58,033 nt of DNA, taken from NCBI GenBank assembly GCA_018652475.1, contig JABICB010000009.1:1-58033 (forward strand), written 5' to 3'. The position numbers were made by a program, and so were the translations under genes. Below are positions 38,517 through 48,100 of the stretch, piece by piece (the stretch's first letter is position 1; every line of letters starts with the position of its first letter). The notes beneath the pieces were generated by a model, which saw nothing but the letters and a program-made list of their open reading frames with translations, was not told the origin of the DNA and searched no databases. Source of the stretch: an archaeon (GTDB taxonomy: Archaea > Nanobdellota > Nanobdellia > SCGC-AAA011-G17 > PNOQ01).

Positions 38517-40868
38517 CTATTTATAAAGGTTTCTATTTCTTGATTCTAGAAGTAATTTTTTCTCTTCTTCTGCAACAACTTGACTTATTTTATTCACTGC
38601 ATCTATATTTGCAGAAATACTATCTATGCCTATTTTTGTCAGGTATCTGGCCATTTTTTCATTTGATCCTGCCTGTCCACAAATACTAGTTGTTACATCA
38701 TATTTTTTACAAATATTGATTACATGTTTTATTTGTCTCAATACTGCTGGGTGCATAGGGGAGTATAATTTTTGAATTTTTGCGTTGTTTCTGTCTACAG
38801 CTAATGTGAACTGAGTTAGATCATTTGTACCAATACTTACAAAATCAATTCCTTCTTCACAAAAATCTTTTATCATTTGTACGGCGGCAGGTGTTTCGAC
38901 CATAATTCCAAATTTTATATCTTTTTGTGGTTCTAGTCCAACTTCCCTAAGAATTTCTTTTGCTTTCTTTATTTGTTTGACTCCTGTCACTAAAGGTATC
39001 ATTATGCCTATATTTGTTAATCCAGATTCTCTTACTTTTTTTATTGCTTCAAATTGCGCCTTTAATAATTCTGGTTCGTCTAAATCTCTTCTTATTGATC
39101 TCCATCCCATCATAGGATTATCTTCATGAGGTTCATTTTCTCCACCATGCATATTTCTAAATTCATCTGTTGGCGCATCTAATGTTCTATACCAAACTGG
39201 TTTTCCTTCAAACTTTGAAACTATTGTTTTTAGATCTTTTACTAGTCCTTCAACTAATTCATCTTTTCTTCCTTGTTTTATCATATAACTTGGGTGATCT
39301 TTATTATTTAAAATCATAAATTCACATCTTAATAATCCAATTCCATCTGCCCCTGTTTGCGCAGCCCTATCTACTAGATGAGGAATATCAATATTTACTT
39401 TTATTTGAGTTAAGGTATCTTGTTTTTTGATAATTTCTGGTTTATGTTCTTCTAATGATATTTTTTCTATTTCTGAAATAGGAGAATCATCTTTGTATAC
39501 TTTTCCTGTTGACCCATTCACAATTACTCTATCTCCTTCTTGTAATTTTTCTGTAGAATTCATTGTCCCAACTACTGCAGGAATACCCATTTCTCTAGAA
39601 ACTATTGCCGCATGACAAGTACTTCCACCCTCATCAGTTATAATTGCTGATGCACGCTCCATAACTGCCACATAGTCAGGGTTTGTCATTTTAGCTACCA
39701 AGACATCACCTTTTTTTATTTTGTGTAATTCTTCCTTATTATTGATTATTTTTACTGTTCCTTTTCCTATTCCTGGTGACGCAGCTATTCCTTCTAAGAA
39801 GATTTCTCTATTTTTAGTTTCTTCTGATTTTGATGTTTCAGCTATTATTTCTTCTGTTTTTTTTATTGTAGTAATTGGTCTTGTTTGAACTATGAATGTT
39901 CCATTATCAATTGCAAATTCTATATCTTGCGGCACACCATAATGTTTTTCTATCCTTTTTGCCAGAGTTGCTAATTTTAAAATTTCATCATCAGTAAGTT
40001 TTTGTTTTTCTCTTTCATTAGTCCTAACTTCTTTTTTTATTGTTCTTCCAGTGTTTACATCTCTTATGAACATCCATGCTTGATGGTTAATATTTTTATC
40101 TTTAATTGATAAGGGATTTTTTACTACTACATATCTGTCTGGGGATATTGATCCAGAAACAATTGCATCGCCTAATCCAAATCCTGCTTCTATAATGATT
40201 TCATTTTCATTATTAGTAGTGGGATTTATACTAAACATTACTCCTGCCTTTTCAGAATTTATCATTTTTTGAATGATTACTGCAATGAATACTTTTTCGT
40301 GTTCAAATCCATTTTTCTCTCTATAATAAATTGCTCTTGCAGTGTATAATGATGCCCAACATTGTTTTACTGCTTGTACAACATTACTCGCATTTTTTAC
40401 ATTTAAGAATGTACTTTGTTGTCCAGCAAATGAAGCTTCAGGTAAATCTTCTGCAGTTGCTGAGGACCTTACTGCAACAAAAGGGGATTCTCTTCCTGAT
40501 CTAATAAATTGAAGTGCAGCTCCTGCTGCAATTAATGCTTCTTTATTTACATCCATTTCGTTATATGATTTTGCAATTTCTTGTTTAATTGTTTCTGGCA
40601 TTTCTTGCTCTAAAATTAAATCTTCTACTTGTTTTGCTTTTTCATTTAATTGATTCGAATTTTCTATATCTAAATTAGATAATATGTTATTTATTTCTGG
40701 CTGAATATCAGTTTTTTCTAGAAATTGTTTGTATGCATCTGCTGTAACTACGAATCCTCGTGGTACGTGGAATCTTGCATTAGTCATCTCACCAAGATTT
40801 GCTCCCTTTCCCCCTACTTGAGGAATAGAATCTTTATTCACATCTTTAAACCAAAGTATATTTACCAT
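38517..40868 (-). CDS. ppsA: phosphoenolpyruvate synthase (pyruvate, water dikinase)
   Basis: VGGKGANLGEM, the phosphohistidine region GGSTCHAAIVSRE, and the C-terminal PEP-utilising TIM domain. ATG 40868 is preferred over the TTG at 40889. Confidence 0.9.
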   Translation of the reverse strand: MVNILWFKDVNKDSIPQVGGKGANLGEMTNARFHVPRGFVVTADAYKQFLEKTDIQPEINNILSNLDIENSNQLNEKAKQVEDLILEQEMPETIKQEIAKSYNEMDVNKEALIAAGAALQFIRSGRESPFVAVRSSATAEDLPEASFAGQQSTFLNVKNASNVVQAVKQCWASLYTARAIYYREKNGFEHEKVFIAVIIQKMINSEKAGVMFSINPTTNNENEIIIEAGFGLGDAIVSGSISPDRYVVVKNPLSIKDKNINHQAWMFIRDVNTGRTIKKEVRTNEREKQKLTDDEILKLATLAKRIEKHYGVPQDIEFAIDNGTFIVQTRPITTIKKTEEIIAETSKSEETKNREIFLEGIAASPGIGKGTVKIINNKEELHKIKKGDVLVAKMTNPDYVAVMERASAIITDEGGSTCHAAIVSREMGIPAVVGTMNSTEKLQEGDRVIVNGSTGKVYKDDSPISEIEKISLEEHKPEIIKKQDTLTQIKVNIDIPHLVDRAAQTGADGIGLLRCEFMILNNKDHPSYMIKQGRKDELVEGLVKDLKTIVSKFEGKPVWYRTLDAPTDEFRNMHGGENEPHEDNPMMGWRSIRRDLDEPELLKAQFEAIKKVRESGLTNIGIMIPLVTGVKQIKKAKEILREVGLEPQKDIKFGIMVETPAAVQMIKDFCEEGIDFVSIGTNDLTQFTLAVDRNNAKIQKLYSPMHPAVLRQIKHVINICKKYDVTTSICGQAGSNEKMARYLTKIGIDSISANIDAVNKISQVVAEEEKKLLLESRNRNLYK

Positions 40869-40924
40869 GTTGCCTCTTTTATAATCCAATTACGTTTATA
40901 CTTATATAAATATTTCTATGAAAT

Positions 40925-41410
40925 TTATTTATGCTCAATTATTTTTGTTATTTCTTCTAATGTTTGTAAATATTTATGATTTATATCTATTAAATTTTGA
41001 TCCCTCTTTGAAGAATATTTATTTAATTCTGTATTTTTTGTATAAATGTCAAATTTAAATGTCTCTTTATGATAATAATCATAATTGTTTATTATCCCAT
41101 CTAAATTATAATCTCTGAATAGTTCAGTTATAATTTTTATTTTTCCACCTCTTGAAAATTTTTTTGTTTTTCTGATTAGTAGTCCATCTCCAGAATCAGG
41201 TTCATGATTTTTATTTGCATCTTTATAATTTATAGTATATGTTGTTCCAGCTTTATTCAATACTATTAACTGTCCACCTAGGCTCGGCCTACCTTCACTA
41301 AGGGAATAATTAGAAATTTTTTGAGCATAATATTCATTGGTTTTTGCAGGTGCAAGGTTAATTGCACCGATCATTATTCCAGTTAAGAGATATTTAACAC
41401 CTTTTTTCAT
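40925..41410 (-). CDS. secreted hypothetical protein
   Basis: N-terminal signal/anchor MKKGVKYLLTGIMIGAINLAPA and a DYNLDGIINNYD (Ca-binding-loop-like) motif. Confidence 0.45.
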   Translation of the reverse strand: MKKGVKYLLTGIMIGAINLAPAKTNEYYAQKISNYSLSEGRPSLGGQLIVLNKAGTTYTINYKDANKNHEPDSGDGLLIRKTKKFSRGGKIKIITELFRDYNLDGIINNYDYYHKETFKFDIYTKNTELNKYSSKRDQNLIDINHKYLQTLEEITKIIEHK

Positions 41411-41458
41411 AAATATAATTTAATCTAGAATTATTTAATAATTTGTATTGTATAACTT

Positions 41459-41980
41459 TTATTCTATAACTACAATTTCTACCTTTCCAGGTAATCTTGG
41501 TCCAGCTTTTTTCATATATTTCTTTGCAATTTCAATATTTTTTGCATGTGTTTTACATTCAAAAATAGTTGTTCCTTTTTTTGCTCTTGCGGCTAAACCC
41601 ATTGCTTTTCCAAATGAATGCTTCATACCACTCTGCATTCTATCTGCCCCAGCACCGGTAAGCATTTTATTTTCTCTTAATACTTGGTGAGGTACTATGT
41701 TTACTTTGAAATGATATTCCTTTGGACCAAAACTTTCATTTAATTTTCTGTTTATTAAAGTTCTACATGATTCTAAAGAATTATGTCTAATATGATACGC
41801 TTCTTTTGTAACTAATCTAATTGATACAGGGAAGTCAACTTTTGTGTTTCCCATATGGTATCTTGCTAATTTTGAAATTGGCACTGACTTGATGAATCCC
41901 TTTCTTCTATATTTCGATTTCCTTGTGTAGGGCCTTGTCGTTATATGTTTGTAACAATGTCCTTTTCTTAAGCCTGCCAT
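41459..41980 (-). CDS. rpl10e: ribosomal protein L10e (uL16)
   Basis: MAGLRKGHCYKHITTRPYTRKSKY... Confidence 0.9.
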   Translation of the reverse strand: MAGLRKGHCYKHITTRPYTRKSKYRRKGFIKSVPISKLARYHMGNTKVDFPVSIRLVTKEAYHIRHNSLESCRTLINRKLNESFGPKEYHFKVNIVPHQVLRENKMLTGAGADRMQSGMKHSFGKAMGLAARAKKGTTIFECKTHAKNIEIAKKYMKKAGPRLPGKVEIVVIE

Positions 41981-41981
41981 T

Positions 41982-42239
41982 TTATTCTATTTTTACCTTA
42001 GTACCTATAGCTTGTCCAGGTAATCCTTTATAAAATTTTACACGAACAGCACCACTATTGCCATGTTCTTTTAAAACAATTCCTGTCATCTCTTTATCAG
42101 AAGGTGTTAACCAAGTTACTTTTTTCTTAACTAATTCTTTAGCTTTCTCTTTAGAATCTATGCCTTCAACAGTTATAATCATTTGATTAGGATACTGTGT
42201 TTTGTGGCTTCCTCTGTAATTAACAATAATTCCTTCCAT
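41982..42239 (-). CDS. rpl35ae: ribosomal protein L35Ae
   Basis: EGIIVNYRGSHKTQ...HGNSGAVRVKF. Confidence 0.85.
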   Translation of the reverse strand: MEGIIVNYRGSHKTQYPNQMIITVEGIDSKEKAKELVKKKVTWLTPSDKEMTGIVLKEHGNSGAVRVKFYKGLPGQAIGTKVKIE

Positions 42240-42267
42240 TTTTTCGATTTTGGTTAATCCTGACTAT

Positions 42268-42972
42268 TTAAAAAACTTTTGTTTTATTTGATGATTTTTT
42301 AGTTGCGCAGTGATTTATGAAGTGATTAAATAATGGATGATATTCTTCTTTTTCCATAGCTTCAGGGTGCCATTGTACTCCTAAAAATAGTGGTTCAAAT
42401 TTAGATTCTATTGCTTCTATAATTCCATCTTCACTAATTGCTGCTATATTAAAATCTGTTGATAATGCTTTAATTTCTTTTAAATGAAATGAATTAGTTA
42501 ATAATTCTTCTTTGTTGTATATTTGTCTTAAAAGTGTTTCATCTTCGATAGTTATTGTGTGTCTTGTTTTTTTACAATTATGATCTATATCTTTTGTGTT
42601 ATCAATATAATCTACTGCGCCCCCAAATACTTCATTTATCATCTGTGTTCCCTTACAAATACCTAAGACTGGAATATTATTTTTTCTGCAATAATGTATT
42701 AATTTTTTTTCAAAAATATATCGTTCAGGATTTGCTTCTTCTAATGTGGGCCTAAATTTTATTTTTTCTGAATATTTTCCTCCCCCAACTAAAACTACTC
42801 CATCTAAACCCATTAATTCTAACTCATCCTCATAAGTTATTTTTACGATATTTAGTTTGATTTCTTCTTTTGTAGATGCTTTCAATGAATGAACATACTT
42901 ATGATTTACTATGTATTTTACAACTCCATCTATCTCTTTTAAGTCTAATAAAATTCCGAGATTTAATATCAT
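42268..42972 (-). CDS. class I glutamine amidotransferase-like / peptidase C26 (gamma-glutamyl hydrolase family)
   Basis: Nucleophile elbow GICKGTQ and VQWHPE. Confidence 0.75.
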   Translation of the reverse strand: MILNLGILLDLKEIDGVVKYIVNHKYVHSLKASTKEEIKLNIVKITYEDELELMGLDGVVLVGGGKYSEKIKFRPTLEEANPERYIFEKKLIHYCRKNNIPVLGICKGTQMINEVFGGAVDYIDNTKDIDHNCKKTRHTITIEDETLLRQIYNKEELLTNSFHLKEIKALSTDFNIAAISEDGIIEAIESKFEPLFLGVQWHPEAMEKEEYHPLFNHFINHCATKKSSNKTKVF

Positions 42973-43024
42973 AATTTAGTATTTTATTTGATATTATTTA
43001 AATAATTATATAGCATAAACTATA

Positions 43025-44032
43025 TTACTTTAGAATTTCATTTAATTTTTCAATTTCAACTTCATATGGATTGAAATTATTTTTTAATGGGCCTATTACT
43101 CCAGGAAATGCATTCATCTCTAAAACATAAGGATTAAATTCTTTATCAAAAATTATATCTACTCCCGCTATTTTTGTATTGAATGAATTTGTAGCAGATC
43201 TTGCTAACTCTTCTGCTTCTTTTAATTTTGTTTTTGGAATTTTGTTTAATACCTTAACTGAATCAGTTGCACCTTTACTGATATTTGTACAAATAGAAGA
43301 CTGTTCTGCCATTCTTGCATATATGAATTCAATATCATCCATTATGTATAACATCCTCACATCAAATTTTTTATTATCTATTATTGGTAAATTTATATAT
43401 TGTTGAAATATAAATTCTGTTTCAGTTTTCATTATTTCTTCAATTTTTTGTTTGGCTTTTTCATCATTATATGTTGAAAAATTGTCAGAATTATAATTTG
43501 TTTCGAAGTTTAAATTTCCGTTATTCAAATTTATCAATCCAATTCCAGAACCCATTGAGCCAGTTTTAGGTTTCATTATAAGTTCTATGGTTTGAGGTGA
43601 ATCTATTATTGTTTCAAGGCACCCATAAGATTTCATTTTATAACTTTCTGGAGTGGGGATGCAATCATCTTTTAATATTTCTTCAGTTATTTTTTTATCT
43701 CTCATGTTTTTTATTGATTCGGGAGAGTTTATTTTGATTGTTTCTGAAAAATTTTCATCTATTTTATCCAACAAGTAATAATAATATTTATCAGTCATAT
43801 TTCTTGAACTGTTTTTTAGTATAGGTTTTAGTTTTTCTTCATACCAAGGTGAAGCTATTCTAAGAAAGTTGTTTTCATGATTGAATTTTTTTATTAATTC
43901 TACTGATCCTGGATTAATCATATCAAACCAAGAAAATAGTTTATAATCAAAATTTGCATGTTTTATTAATGCATCATGATATAATTTATTCCGTACATCA
44001 TCATGTTTATCTCCTATATATATTAAACTCAT
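43025..44032 (-). CDS. ATP-grasp ligase (RimK / YheC-YheD-like)
   Basis: MKPKTGSMGSGIG, FIFQQYI, FDVRMLYI, TNISKGA and GVDIIFD...YVLEMNAFPG. Confidence 0.7.
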   Translation of the reverse strand: MSLIYIGDKHDDVRNKLYHDALIKHANFDYKLFSWFDMINPGSVELIKKFNHENNFLRIASPWYEEKLKPILKNSSRNMTDKYYYYLLDKIDENFSETIKINSPESIKNMRDKKITEEILKDDCIPTPESYKMKSYGCLETIIDSPQTIELIMKPKTGSMGSGIGLINLNNGNLNFETNYNSDNFSTYNDEKAKQKIEEIMKTETEFIFQQYINLPIIDNKKFDVRMLYIMDDIEFIYARMAEQSSICTNISKGATDSVKVLNKIPKTKLKEAEELARSATNSFNTKIAGVDIIFDKEFNPYVLEMNAFPGVIGPLKNNFNPYEVEIEKLNEILK

Positions 44033-44033
44033 T

Positions 44034-45062
44034 TTATCCCAAAATCCAATTTGATTTTTTATAAACTGGGATATCTATCCCAACATCCTTTATTTTTAAT
44101 GCATTCTCAAATAATCTTGTTCCCATATACAAATCTAATTCTGGCAATCCTACCGCATTAAAGAATATTGGTTCATCCCCTTCCCTTCCCTTCTTTAATC
44201 CCGTGATTACTTCTCCTAAATTTCCATATATATCTCTATCTAATATCATTTTTTGATTATGTGCAAAAGCAACGTCCTGTATGTCTCTTTTTTTTACATA
44301 TGCCCAATCGTCACAGATTATTTTTCCATTTTTCCCACAATATTCTATATACTCCAAGTCATCATCTTGGCCGCCTAAATGAATGTGTGTTGAATTTGGT
44401 TTTATATTGGATAAATTGAATAGCGTTTCAGTAGTATTACTTAATGAAACAGTTACATCTGCTTCTGAAATTGCTTTTTCTAAATCAGATACTTGATTTA
44501 TTTCTCCAGTTATATTTAATTTATCAGTTAATATGTCTTTGAAATTATTTGCATGATCTTGGTCTCTGGAATAAAAATTAAAATTATTTATTTTATTTCT
44601 TGATGCTTCATATGAAAATATTGTTGCAGCTGCAGCTTTTGCGATTACTCCTGTTCCAATAAATAGTACGTTATTATCTTTTTTTGCTAAATGTTCAATT
44701 CCTAATGCTACATATGCCCCAGTTCTTAATGCAGAAATTAAACTTCCTTCCATTATTGCTACAGGTTTTCCTGTTTGTTTTTCATTTAAAAATAACATTG
44801 GAAATGATCTTTGCAAATTATCTTTATGATTTTCTACATTTGCTCCTAACCATTTACATGAGGAATATTCTCCATTCGTAGCGATTAGTGCATTAAATTT
44901 ATGCCCGTAGGATAAATCTATTGCTATTTTATCTGATAGTGTTTCTTGATTAGTGTGAGAAATTAATGCTAATTTTACGTCAGTTACTGCTGCGCTATAG
45001 TCTAATAGACCACATTTTATTAAATCTTCTTGACATAAATATTTAATATTGTTTTGTTCCAT
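44034..45062 (-). CDS. ornithine cyclodeaminase / mu-crystallin family NAD(P) enzyme
   Basis: LRTGAYVALGIEHLA...FIGTGVIAKAAA Rossmann signature of the OCD family. Confidence 0.7.
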   Translation of the reverse strand: MEQNNIKYLCQEDLIKCGLLDYSAAVTDVKLALISHTNQETLSDKIAIDLSYGHKFNALIATNGEYSSCKWLGANVENHKDNLQRSFPMLFLNEKQTGKPVAIMEGSLISALRTGAYVALGIEHLAKKDNNVLFIGTGVIAKAAAATIFSYEASRNKINNFNFYSRDQDHANNFKDILTDKLNITGEINQVSDLEKAISEADVTVSLSNTTETLFNLSNIKPNSTHIHLGGQDDDLEYIEYCGKNGKIICDDWAYVKKRDIQDVAFAHNQKMILDRDIYGNLGEVITGLKKGREGDEPIFFNAVGLPELDLYMGTRLFENALKIKDVGIDIPVYKKSNWILG

Positions 45063-45144
45063 AATTTAATCTGTGCTCAAACTTTATAGTTATATATAAA
45101 GCTTACTCTTGGAACTAACTAAAAATTAATAAATCTATCTTATT

Positions 45145-46893
45145 TTAAAGAATTATTTCAATATCTTGACCAAATAATTCCTTAAGATCAGAAAATAAGC
45201 TTTTCTTTATTGTCAAACTTTCCTTTATTGGATTTTTCATGATAGCATCTTCTAATTCTTGAAAATTACCTTTGGTTACTTTTCCTAATCCACCTTCTTT
45301 TGTTAATTTAGCTTTTTGTATTGTTTTTTCTTCACTTTTCAGATCAGGAGTGATAAATGCTGTGTTTCCTAACATTAAAAGTTCTCCAAATGTATCTCCA
45401 TATTTGAATCTAACTGTAGCTTTTTCTAATTCTGCTCTTTTTGTCCTTTGAATATGTTCTGCTAATGTTTTTATGAAAATTCTCGATTCTCTTTTTAATT
45501 TGTCTACTTCTGCTTTTGTTAGTTTTTTAGCTTGGAGATCTTTTTTAGCTCTTATTACTGATTTTAAAGTATCTACTAATCTTAATGGCAGTCCTTTTTG
45601 TTCACAATATTTTTTCAATCTTGTTTCTATTTTTATTTTCGAATCTTTTCCAATGACATCTTTTGTTATTTTCATAATTGTTGAATAAACTTCAGAAAAT
45701 GTTTCTTTTTCTTTTGTTTTTTCAATTTGATTAAATAATTTCTTTATTCTTTTCAAGTAATCATCTGCTTCAGCTAAGAATGCATCTATTTCTGCTCCAG
45801 ATACTTCCTTTGTTTTTCCGTGCTCGATTGCTTTATAGAATTTGAATATTTTTTCTAATGAATCAACATATTTTTTCTCTAATATTTTTTCTTTTTTCAC
45901 AAAAATTTCATCTAATAATTTTATTGTTTCTTTTGGTGTTGAGGGCGGAATTCCATATAACATTAGGGCTGCCTGGGAAGGATTTAATAGTGCGTAATAC
46001 AATTCTTCACCCGCTATACTCAATAGTTTTTTCTTTGCTCTATCGACTAATTTTTCACCTATATCCATATGCATTTCTATTGCTTCAGGACTTGGTTTTA
46101 TTCTTCCCATCTTTAATAATAATTTCCAGGGCATGAAAGTTCCCCTATCATAAATTGGGATACCATCTCTTAAAAATGTGAAAATTACTGGGTTTGCATC
46201 TCTTACGGAGTCCCAGAAATCTGTCAAAATATAAACTTGAATGTGAAAATGTTTTTTAACTCCAGTCATTGCAGTTGCTTGATAACCCTGACTAATAATT
46301 ATTGATTTTAATTTATCTTTTAATTCAGTTCTTGTCATACGTTTTACATCGGTGTCATCAATTACTAAATATGCATCAATATCATTTGCTTTTTCTCCTC
46401 TGAACATTGATCCTGCAACAACATAACTAACTATATATTTCTCAAATTTTTTTAGAACCATTGTTTTGTGTATTTCTGCAGTTTTTAATGCAATTAATAC
46501 ATCTAATGGATCATAAGTTGGTGCAGACATAGCAATCAATTGTAATACTTCTTGTTTACCATCCATGCAAGATTCTTTTAATTCTGAACCTAACATAATT
46601 TCTAAATTTAATTTTTTATCTATTTTTTCTGCTATTTTAGAAAGTTCTTCAATTCCTTTTTCTTTTAATTTAAAATCAGGAATTATTTTTGAATTTGCAT
46701 CATCTAATAATACTAAAACATTTATGGATTCCTTGTCTTTTTCCTTTGGAGGTAAAAGCGCTATACCAATTATTTCTTTTTTTAGAACTTTTAATGAAGA
46801 TTCTTGAAATTTATCTAATTTTGATTTAATTTGTTTTTGTTTCTTTTTTATTTCTTCAAGTTTCTCTTTAGGTATATTTGGTTGTTGTTCCAT
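45145..46893 (-). CDS. large nucleotidyltransferase + HEPN-like protein (degenerate N-terminal NTase-like repeat, active-looking second NTase)
   Basis: VAGSMFRGEKANDIDAYLVIDD, GRIKPSPEAIE...GIPPSTPKETIKLLDEIF aligned to 36925..37767. ATG 46893 (MEQQPN) is preferred. Confidence 0.6.
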   Translation of the reverse strand: MEQQPNIPKEKLEEIKKKQKQIKSKLDKFQESSLKVLKKEIIGIALLPPKEKDKESINVLVLLDDANSKIIPDFKLKEKGIEELSKIAEKIDKKLNLEIMLGSELKESCMDGKQEVLQLIAMSAPTYDPLDVLIALKTAEIHKTMVLKKFEKYIVSYVVAGSMFRGEKANDIDAYLVIDDTDVKRMTRTELKDKLKSIIISQGYQATAMTGVKKHFHIQVYILTDFWDSVRDANPVIFTFLRDGIPIYDRGTFMPWKLLLKMGRIKPSPEAIEMHMDIGEKLVDRAKKKLLSIAGEELYYALLNPSQAALMLYGIPPSTPKETIKLLDEIFVKKEKILEKKYVDSLEKIFKFYKAIEHGKTKEVSGAEIDAFLAEADDYLKRIKKLFNQIEKTKEKETFSEVYSTIMKITKDVIGKDSKIKIETRLKKYCEQKGLPLRLVDTLKSVIRAKKDLQAKKLTKAEVDKLKRESRIFIKTLAEHIQRTKRAELEKATVRFKYGDTFGELLMLGNTAFITPDLKSEEKTIQKAKLTKEGGLGKVTKGNFQELEDAIMKNPIKESLTIKKSLFSDLKELFGQDIEIIL

Positions 46894-46931
46894 AATAATG
46901 CAAAAATACAAAAAGAACTATTTAAATGTTT

Positions 46932-47048
46932 TTATAAATTTGTTTTTATCATCGAGGCAAATATTATTGCCATGCTAAATGTAATGAATACTGCTGAACT
47001 AGATAGTAGTCTAGCCATTTCTTTTATTATTATTTTTTTTATTTCCAT
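46932..47048 (-). CDS. possible 38-aa membrane peptide (MEIKKIIIKEMARLLSSSAVFITFSMAIIFASMIKTNL)
   Basis: Manual translation. Lies directly downstream of the small lipoprotein gene. Support is weak. Confidence 0.25.
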   Translation of the reverse strand: MEIKKIIIKEMARLLSSSAVFITFSMAIIFASMIKTNL

Positions 47049-47058
47049 TTTTTAAAAA

Positions 47059-47235
47059 TTAAATGTCTAGATCGTCAAGATCTAGATCGTCCCATATCAT
47101 ATCAAGTTCATCAACATCTGAGATTTCATTACCAAGATTATCTGTTGATTCTTCTTCAATGTTATTTCTTTCTAATATTTCGCATCCACTTACTATAATC
47201 ACTGCAATCAATAAAATTGAAAGTATTATTTTCAT
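47059..47235 (-). CDS. small acidic lipoprotein candidate (58 aa), absent from the ORF track
   Basis: Manual translation gives MKIILSILLIAVIIVSGCEILERNN...DVDELDMIWDDLDLDDLDI. It has a canonical lipobox V-S-G-C and starts 1 nt after the upstream stop. Confidence 0.55.
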   Translation of the reverse strand: MKIILSILLIAVIIVSGCEILERNNIEEESTDNLGNEISDVDELDMIWDDLDLDDLDI

Positions 47236-47236
47236 T

Positions 47237-48100
47237 TTATTGAGTTTGTAATGTTAATGTTGGAAAGCTACCTTGATTAGTTCGATATAATTTAACCAAA
47301 TGTTTCAAGTCTTTGTGTGCTTCTTTCAAGTAGGTATTTGAAGTTTTTAGATATTCTTTAACATCCTTCAAGGAATTATTTACTGCCTTTAATGAATTCA
47401 GTTGTGAATAAGCATTTACTGCTTTATCATATTCCTTTCTAGCATGATTTAATTTTATATCTAATTCCTTCAAGATGTTTTGCATTTCTATAACTTCTTT
47501 AGAAGTTTGATCTAAAATATCTATTTTTTCATGTAATTTATCTGATAGAGTTTCTGTTTTTGTTAATACTTTTTCTACTTTGGCAGATAATATTTTAGAA
47601 GTTATTTCTTTTAATACAATCCTGTTGGTTGTCCAAAATTCTTTAAGTTCATTGCTTATTTCTTTCAACTCTTTAACATTTGAAGTATTTCCTATACTTT
47701 TTTGAAATATAGTTAATTCAGTTGATATTAATTCGAGGTCTTTATCAATTTCTACATTATTCATAATTCGCTCATTCCAATTTTGTAATATATCTATGTG
47801 CCCTTCCATTTTTTCTATTGTTTTTAAGATATATTTTTTTGTTTCTTCAAAGTGTAAATCCTGTTCTTCTAATGAAAGTTGATCAAATTTTTTTAATTTT
47901 TCTTTTGCAATCAAATATTTCACTTTGCTATCTTGCCATTCTCCCTTTACTTTCATATATTTTTGTTTTAGTTGATTATATTCTCCTACTACTTTCAATT
48001 CTTGATCTGACATGCTTAATCTAGGTTGAGCTGCTGTTGTCATTGGAATTGAACTTATTAGGAATAATCCTACTAACAATAATGCCATTGTTTTTTTCAT
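47237..48100 (-). CDS. secreted all-helical coiled-coil protein
   Basis: Signal peptide MKKTMALLLVGLFLISSIPMTTAAQP, followed by K/E/L-rich heptad-like sequence. Confidence 0.6.
   Translation of the reverse strand: MKKTMALLLVGLFLISSIPMTTAAQPRLSMSDQELKVVGEYNQLKQKYMKVKGEWQDSKVKYLIAKEKLKKFDQLSLEEQDLHFEETKKYILKTIEKMEGHIDILQNWNERIMNNVEIDKDLELISTELTIFQKSIGNTSNVKELKEISNELKEFWTTNRIVLKEITSKILSAKVEKVLTKTETLSDKLHEKIDILDQTSKEVIEMQNILKELDIKLNHARKEYDKAVNAYSQLNSLKAVNNSLKDVKEYLKTSNTYLKEAHKDLKHLVKLYRTNQGSFPTLTLQTQ

Noticed and set aside
41448-41690. Plus-strand 80-aa ORF overlapping rpl10e. The plus-strand ORF 40725..40979 spans the ppsA start region.
   Set aside because: They are antisense to L10e and PpsA and are hydrophobic low-complexity artefacts.
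47066-47091. The direct repeat TCTAGATCGTC x2 (with embedded AGATCT palindromes) as a regulatory or recombination site.
   Set aside because: It lies inside the small lipoprotein ORF and simply encodes the repeated DDLDL acidic tail.
47063-47251. Plus-strand Ser-rich ORF (MSRSSRSRSSHIISSSS...), together with 46831..47055.
   Set aside because: The opposite strand gives a far more convincing lipobox-containing acidic peptide that is translationally coupled to the upstream gene. The plus-strand products are low-complexity.
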